DNA of 64,000 bases from Paraspadella gotoi (taxonomy: Eukaryota; Animalia; Chaetognatha): positions 19,066,576 to 19,130,575 of the forward strand of contig CM119270.1 of the NCBI GenBank assembly GCA_051294375.1. The letters run 5' to 3'. Positions 55,760 through 64,000 of the stretch are shown here, piece after piece. Position 1 is the first letter of the stretch, and every line of letters starts with the position of its first letter. The notes under the pieces are model-generated. The model ran no database searches. It was given only the letters and a program-made list of their open reading frames with translations, and was not told where the DNA came from. Made by a program: the position numbers and the translations under genes.

Positions 55760-56960
55760 GTGTATGAGTGAAAGAGAGAGAGAGAGAGAGAGAGAGAGGA
55801 GGAGAGAGGACTGGACAGTTTTCCCGCCAACGAAACGCATTATTAGGTCTCTCTCGTTTAATAAAGAATAATCAGAATTTTTTAGAAAAAAAATCCACGA
55901 AAATCTCGGATGTAAATTTGTGATTTTGTATTGAGAAAAAAGCGCGGAATAAATGGCGATAATAAAAGTTTTTAGAAGGAAAAAAAAGAGAGGAGAGAGA
56001 GAGAGAGAGTGGGAGAGAGGGAGAGAGAGAGAGAGAGAAAGAGGGAGGGAGAGTGAGAAGAGAGAGAGAGAGAGAGAGAGTTTTCCCACCAACGAGACGC
56101 ATTATTAGGTCACTCTCGTTTATATCGGTTATCCGTTGCCTCGCAACGGCGTCGTTAAATTGGGTCTATGTTGATTTTTTTTTATACACGTAACGCGTTA
56201 TTAGGTCATGTTCCTCGACATTGTTTACTTGTTGCTCCGCAACGACCACGAAATCTAGGTTAAGTAAGTTATTGTATTTTGGGATTTTGTATTGAGATAA
56301 AATAATAAATGGCGATAATAAAAGTTTTTAGAAGGAAAAAATCCACGAAAATCTCGGAATAAATGGCGATAATAAAAGTTTTTTAGAAGGAAAAAAAAAA
56401 GAGAGAGAAAGAGAGAGAGACGAGAGAGAGAGAGAAAGAGAGATAGAGAGAAAAAGATTGTTCTTTTTTTAGGAAGAAACCAGACCGAGGTCAAATTTAA
56501 TATTTCATATTTAATTAATTTATAAATAGTTATCACAACTCAATAATTATTATTTAAAAAAAAGTTAAAAATGATTAAATATATACACTAAAAATATTTA
56601 TAAAATATATACATAATTATCGCATACATAATTCTATCTATCTCTCTTATCAACTCCTATTTTAGATATAATTTGCCAATAGTGGGCCAACCGGTCCAAA
56701 GTTGTAATAATAAATAAAAACAAGAGAGAGAGAGAGAGAGAGAGAAGAGAGAAAAACCGAATTTCTTTCCATTATATCTCAGATATAAATTGGGATTTTG
56801 TATTGAAAAAAAAAGCGCGAATAAATGGCGATAATAAAAGTTTTGAGAAGGAAAAAAATAATCAGAATTTTTCAAAAAACGAACGATCGTACAGAGTGAG
56901 AGAGACAGAAAGACAGAAAGAGAGAGAAAGAGAGAGAAAAAGAGAGACAAAGAGACAGAA
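55760..56960. repeat. Locally duplicated non-coding blocks
   Basis: ATAAATGGCGATAATAAAAGTTTT recurs at ~55949, 56305, 56359 and 56821 with shared flanks. Confidence 0.75.
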
Positions 56961-57039
56961 AGAAAGAGAAAGCTGGAAGCCAGCTGAACATCACTGCAGA
57001 ACCTGAACTCGTTTTTTTAAGGGTTCAGAAAAAGCAGCA

Positions 57040-57390
57040 ACTGATAAATATATTTTTTTTTTTTTTTTTTTTTTATTAATACCAAAAACAGTATTGACAT
57101 AATCATAAACAGTAATAGTGTAAAAGACTGGAAAAACTAAACTATGTATTGAAATTCAATAAAAACAAAAGACCCTAACATTTAAAAGACTGGAAAACAA
57201 GTAAAAACTAAACTACATATTGAAATTCAATAAAAACAAAAGACACTAACGTTTTAAAATCATTAATAAATGTTATGAACTAATTCATAAGAAACTATAA
57301 AAAAAAACTTTAAAATCATTAAAAATGTTATGAAACTAATTCATAAGAAACTATAAAAAATAATGTTCAAGAACGTCACTGATAAATATA
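57040..57390 (-). mobile_element. Retrotransposed (LINE-type) 3' fragment with poly(A) tail and 13-bp TSD
   Basis: ACTGATAAATATA at 57040-57052 and 57378-57390 flanks a 325-bp insert starting with ~22 T; AATAAA abuts the tail on the minus strand. Confidence 0.8.
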
Positions 57391-57879
57391 GGAAAGAAAA
57401 TCTTATATATAATTTAAAGAAAATAAAAGAAAGGCAAAAAATATGTTACAATTGTTTACAATTGGAAATTTTTCCAATTTTTTCCAATCGCAGCTTGTAA
57501 AGATTTAATTTATATTTGTATTAAAATTAAGATATAGCTTCTCATTAAAAAAATCCTTTGAGTTCCCATTTTTATTAAAAATTTAAAACAAATTTTTTTG
57601 AATTTCATCTTCAATATTATATACTGCAATATGTAAATTAGATTAAAGCATTTCTATATACTAATTTGGATATTATAAGGAGTACTTTAATCTCATTTGC
57701 ATATTGCAGTAAATCATAATGAAAGTGGAAATTCAAACAAAAAATACTTAAATCCAAATGTAATATGAAAATATCACAGCTATTTCAAGATGAAAAGCCA
57801 TATCTAAATTTTTAACTTACTATGATCGCACACTTTTGTAAAACTTTATTATAATTCATAATAATTTTTATTTAAAAAA

Positions 57880-57944
57880 AAACGGTAAGTCACAGCCAAA
57901 CCTATAAAAGCGTAGTAGTTTTTATATATGAAAACAGCGTGACG

Positions 57945-57977
<33 letters not shown>

Positions 57978-58050
57978 TACGTCACAAAGAAGCAACCCTA
58001 AAACATTATAGAGCCTGACCCCGGCTTCGCCGGTCAAGGCTCGATAAAAA
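57880..58050 (-). mobile_element. End of a Helentron-associated (HINE/DINE-1-like) element
   Basis: On the minus strand: T-run, GC-rich hairpin (plus strand GAGCCTGACCCCGGC-TTC-GCCGGTCAAGGCTC, 58011-58042), then a (GTC)n/GTCC microsatellite; the other end was not located. Confidence 0.5.
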
Positions 58051-58969
58051 TTGGTTTCCGCCAAAGTTTTGATCGCTGACGAAAATAACGAGTCGAGGTT
58101 GATAGTACGTTTGGTAGAATTGTAGCCGTCAATTGTCGTTAATGTAAATTATTGACAATGTTGTTTATTAAAATTAGGACAAGAAGTAAAACGCTAACTG
58201 AGTACTTTATAGCATTTTGATATTTAAAAAAAAAACCGATTGGATACAATTTTTATATTCTATTTCTATGTATTAAGGCGGGCCAAAATTGATCACTTTT
58301 TATCATGAGGAGTTCTGTAATATAAAATTCATTTGTCCATCATATACGTAATCGATATTTACTATTACTTTTTTAACTAGTTAAGCACAGTATAATATTA
58401 AAGCCTTTAAATATTTATTAATACATCGGCAATGAAACCAAATTTTTTTAATAATTTTTTTTTATAACGGATTCAGATAGCCCATAAAAAGTTGTCTACC
58501 CAAAGTAAAATGCGTTTTTCAATATTTCGATGATGGGTGGTGGGTCAAATAATGGAAAATAATTTTATAGTTTTTGCTAATTTTAACAAATAGAACATGA
58601 AAATTTGGAAATATTGTAATAATATTTTTTATTTATTTTTTAAAGAGAATGACGACGACGATGGCGACAACGACAATAATGCTAATAACGATTGACTTGA
58701 TTGATTGATTGATTGATTGTTTGATTGAATAATTAAATATTAGATAAATGGATTGATTGAATAATTAAAAAAAAGACATAAATTGATTGATTGAATAATT
58801 AATTGATTGATTAATTGACTGATTAATTAATTATTGATTAATTAATTGACTTATTGATTAATTAACTGATTAATTATTTGATTAATTAATACATCTTGCA
58901 TATACATTTAATATAGAAAGAAAAAGAAGAATAATCAATTAGAGAAATAGGTTTTTTGTTTTTTCCATT

Positions 58970-59360
58970 TAAAATCATTTACACTCTGACGATTCCATCG
59001 AAACTTGATTTCTAGTTTAATCACACACTTTCTTACCCACATACAAATTTTCAAGTAAATCGCCTCATCCACTAATTAGAAATTGGCGTTCAAATAGTAA
59101 AAAATATTTTTTTGTTTTTTTCAATTTAAACTCATTTCCACTTGGACGATTCCATCGAAACTTTATATCCAGCTCAATAACACAATTTCTTACCAACACA
59201 CAAAATTTCACTCCAATCCAACCATCCAATTGCGAGTAATTTAAAATTTTTGCTAAGGTAGGACAGACAGACAGATTGGAAAGGCCTAAAATTTTTTTGA
59301 GAAACTTTACATTTTAAGACCAGATTCAGATAGCTCATAAAAAGTTGTCTGTACAAAGTA
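58970..59360. repeat. Two diverged ~157-bp tandem units plus (GACA)n; transposon-like remnant
   Basis: GACGATTCCATCGAAACTT at 58988 and 59145; ATTCAGATAGC-CATAAAAAGTTGTCT is shared between ~58470 and ~59325. Confidence 0.55.
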
Positions 59361-61376
59361 TAATTTTTTTTTAAATATTTTTATGATAAGTAGGTCAAAA
59401 ATAAGAAAAACCGTAAAAAATCATCATCATCATCATCTTTCGATGACTTTATCGCTTTTTTTAGATTTTTACTGAGAAAACGTAAGAATTTTTAAAAGCT
59501 GTAATTATATTTCTTGTTTAAATTTTTATGCTCTATCAGAATCTATCAAAAAACTTTAAGATTTCAATATTTTTTTCTTTTTACAATAACATAATAATTT
59601 AAATTAGGCTAGTACCCTCAGAAAAAAGCATTTTTGACCAAAAAAATTTTAATACTATAATGTATGCTCATGATAAATTATTTTAACGCTGTATACATTA
59701 GCATTTAAATTTCATCGGCTATGGCTAATTAAAGTAATTATAGAGTCGGAATCTGCTGATAAGCAGATCTGACTAAAAAAACGTCCACGATTTCTTTATC
59801 AGGGTACAAAATTTGAAGTTGCTACAACAAATAATTTAGCCACAGTATTTGATCCTTTCATTTCATATCCATTTGAAATCGGTATAAATGTTAGAAAAAT
59901 AGGAAAAGGAAGGTTTTTTTTTAAATTCTGGTCATTACTTTCCAAAAAAGTCAGTTTCATAGTAGAATTTTTTATATCAGTGACAAATTTTTTACAAGAA
60001 TTTCAAACCATTTTTTTTTTCTCCAAAAAAAAATATGTGAAATATAATTTATGCATCAAAGCGCCAAGTTTAACTCAGAATGCATCAACGAAGAAAAAAA
60101 AAGAATGAAACGACTCCTTTCAAAACTCACCTCTAATTCAATTTGTTCCGATGTTTTGTTTTGTTTTTGTTTTTCCAAATTTAATCCCGGACAAAAAATA
60201 AAAAACAAAAAAGGCGATTCTAGGAAAAACCGAGGAGAAATAATTTAGCTTCAACGATCCTTCGCGGTCGTTTTATACAAAGTCCCCCCCCAAAAATAAA
60301 AAAAATTTACATAACGTTGAATAATAGTTGGGCTGGTAAAGTACACGCGGGGAAAAAACAAAAACACACTTTACAGTTAAAAAAATCCCAAACATTTTTC
60401 AACGTCGTTTGTTTTGGTAAAGTCGAAACTTTAAGTTTTAATGTTATCGGATTCGAAGACGTTAATTCCCTGGGGAATTCCACTCGATCGGGAATAACTT
60501 AATTTGGTTAACGACGATGACGAAGCCTTTTTTTTTTAAGTATCGGAGTCATTTAGTGCGATAGGGTCCAACGATCATTCTGTTTGTATGTCTGTCCTTT
60601 AATTTTTATGTATTGTGAGTGTTATTGTTCGCGTTTGTTTACATATTTGTTTGCTGTTTTGTTCGAAATCGTAAAAAAAAAAAACCAAAAAACTACAAGC
60701 GTTTTTTTAAGTTCCCCCCATTTCTTGGTATTGTGTAATGAGTACTAAATAGGTTTTGTACTACGTTAAATGCCGCTTTTATTTTTCTCGGCATATCGGG
60801 ATGTACGTCATTTAAATCAATTAATCAAAATAAATATCCTTATAACCGTTATCATATATGAGAAAAAAATAATCGTGAAAAAATATGGTAAAACATGTAA
60901 TTTTTTTACTTTCATAAAATCGAATCAGGATCTAAGAAAACCTATAAACTGTGGCAGTTATTAAAGTGGGTTTATAAACTTTTGATCTTTATAAATCATG
61001 TTTTAAATGAAACTAATTAGACATAGAAAATAACCGCTCACCCCTCTCAGAACGTAACTTTCCAATTAGCCTCATAATTCCACATTTTATGGTGAGAACT
61101 TTTCGCGAGTTTCAGGACTTCCTCCTCTCACCTTACCCGGACAAACGTCACCTACCTACCGGAATTTTGAGACTTTTTTGTCGCGACCCGGATTCGATCC
61201 CGGATCCTTTCTGGCCGCCAAAAAAAAACTTATTTTCCAATGGGAAAAATAAATTTCCGCGTCTTTCGATTTTACGGCGATAAATCTAAATTCTGAAAAA
61301 ATCTAAATCCCCGAAAAATTGGAAAAGACGCCACGAGAAGACGTAAAAGTCACAAGAGAGATAATAGTTTACGATC

Positions 61377-61421
<45 letters not shown>

Positions 61422-62523
61422 TTTTCTAAAAGATGACGAAAGACAAACATTCGTCTTTTCCTTTTTTTTTCTCTCTTTTCCTTTTCATCTCCTTTTTTTC
61501 ACGATGTACGCAATGGGCAGTAAAAGTCGTTTCCCCTCTTCTTTTCATTTCCCTTTTTTTCTCCTGTCAATTTCTCCGTCTGTCCGTTCGATTTATCTCT
61601 CCGTCTCCCCGGATTTCGACCTGGATTTCTCTTTGTTCGCCTTTCAAGGTTTTCTTATTTTTTTTTTTTTTTTGCCCTTTACCTTTACGTGCATTTGATA
61701 TCCGCTCTGCGTTTCGATATCTCTGCCCTTCTCTGTCTCTGTCTCTGCTCGTCTTTGTCTCTGTCTCTATGTCTGTATGTCTCTGCCCGTCGCTAAAACG
61801 ACCAACGAAGAAGACGACGTCGGAAGACGATGTTCTTCCCTTTTCAATTTGTTATTATTTTTGAAGTAAACAAACTGTAATTGTAATGTATTCTAACATT
61901 AATGTAAAGTAAACAAACTAAACAATTTACCAATAACGAAGTATTTCGCAACGATATTTGCAACGTTAACTAAATTCACTCGTGATGATCACGGATTAAG
62001 ATTTTCAAAGTTCTCCAGTCACTTTCGCATCCTCTGTGAGCTGGTGATGTCGTTTCCTCTTCGACTTATTAAAATTCCCCAACCACCGCTTGACTCTGTT
62101 AGGATTTTCACAAGTTTATATTCCTTCAATTTTTTTCTCCTGCTTTTCCGAAGTTTTTAACCGCAACTTAAGTCGTCTTGAGTCGCTTCCTGCAAAAAAC
62201 GACGACGACGACGACGACGACGGCAAACTAAGTGACGAAATCATTGAGGACAACAAAGAAAAGCGAAATCATCAACTTAAAACTGCAGCAACAACAACTT
62301 AACGAGAGATGAACATTGAACAATAATTAATCAATAAAAAAAAGTTTGATTGGGATTGAGCTACGTTCCGGTCTACATCGTCAACAACAACAACAACAAC
62401 AACAACAACGACAATCACGACGACCACAGCACAAAAAAGGTTTTCCGCCTCCAGGAAGAAAAACCGAATGACTCATATGTTTGTGGATCGTCGCCGCCCC
62501 CAACGCCTCCCCCACCCCGCTAT

Positions 62524-62599
<76 letters not shown>

Positions 62600-64000
62600 A
62601 ACTACGCCCTCTCGGCTTTGATTTATCCGGGTTCCGTGATGAATAAACTACGAACCCAAACCTGAAAAGAAACAAAAAAAATCCGTTTACTCTATTTTCT
62701 CTTTGACGTCGTTTTTCGGTCGGAATCGATTTTGCGTCGCTTGAGAAATTGTAGAAAGATTAAAAAAATTTGTAGAAATTGTAGGCCTAAAACTTTATTT
62801 GCATATTGCAGCGAGGCAAAATTGGCGACATTCTCGATACAATATTTATTAGTCAAGCTCCCAGATTAAAACGATAATTCATTCCTCAAAGGTCAGTTTC
62901 TTTGTCAAAAATGTTATTAAAAAATATAAAGAAAATCCCTAAAAAATGGCTTGTGCCAAAAATTGTTAATTGATATTAGTATTAATTCATGGTTGGTTAA
63001 TTTTTCCCCCGGTTATTGAGAAACGTTTGAATACTCTTATCTTAAAATCATGAAATGAAAAACATTTTGACATAAATTACAGGTGACGGTAAGACGCTTA
63101 CCCCGAACTGAATCGTTAATCTTTAACCGGAACTTTCTACATCCGCTTTGTTCTTGGTTAAACCGGAACTTATGTCGAGTAGAATTGACGGCAAAAGAGG
63201 AACATTATATTTATGTAACATCCTGCCCAGGAGGAGGAGAGGGAGGAGGAGGAGCAGAATATGAGGAGAAACAAACCAGGATGTGAAACAATAAGTTGTC
63301 GCAAGTTGTTCCGTCATAAATTCAAAGAAAATACTGCGTCGATATTCTCTGTTTTATCGACGCCCGCATTTTGCGTCGCATCCAGGAGGAACTTAAAAAG
63401 GGTAAATTCCCATTCGCCAAAAAAAATAGGTGACAGTGGACGATGGCTATAACAAGAAATATTCACATTGTACACTGAACCTCGCATAGGTTCTCAAATA
63501 AATAAGAATATTGAATAAGTCAAACTTTGAATGAAATATTAGTTTCTCTAAAAATTTGTTTAAATTCTTCAAATCCGGAAAAAAAATATTAATGCACGGT
63601 TTACCAAACCTCGTCGAGTGTACAATTTTCATTAAAGTTGCTTTGTGGAAATAAAAAAAATTGCAATTTTCTATAATTGATAATTTTAGTGTCAGTTTCA
63701 GTTTTGTTGTCACGTGCGATCACGAGTTAAAGCTTATTCCGCTTAACTCTCACTCTCACGTTCGGATGTGAACGTCGTTTAACAATATAAACATTGAATT
63801 GTATTTTAAAAACATATTTAAACTCATAAACATTAAACATCACAAAAAAACCAATGATATAATAACAATATTTCGACTATATTTTAGTCGGTAAGCGAGT
63901 GACATTTATAAGTGAAAAGTAAATAAAAATTAAGCATAATATATAAAAAAAAAAAACAACCAAAAATCAATGCGGGAACGATTAATATCCGGATATTAAG

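Overview
AT-rich, intron-containing animal (probably invertebrate) draft-assembly window with about ten N-gaps and very dense (AG)n, (ACG)n, (AAC)n and (AAAAG)n microsatellites; most ORFs in the supplied track are microsatellite artefacts. One gene is confidently identifiable: a 7-exon Pim-family Ser/Thr kinase on the minus strand (42482-54408, ~354 aa). The left third (5-24 kb) holds a co-oriented minus-strand cluster of small secreted or membrane Cys-rich genes. It includes three tandem paralogues (one frameshifted) that join a signal peptide and Ser/Thr/Pro stalk to a Cys-laced IFI6/IFI27 (ISG12)-like motif, two paralogous 8-Cys proteins with a GPI-signal-like tail, and further fragments. 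Mobile DNA includes three copies of a short TG...TA element each with a 4-bp target-site duplication (TSD), one nested in the terminal inverted repeat (TIR) of a MITE, plus a poly(A)-tailed insertion with a 13-bp TSD and Helentron/HINE-like ends. A ~2 kb near-tandem duplication next to gaps may be an assembly artefact. All family assignments are by eye and recall; no searches were run.
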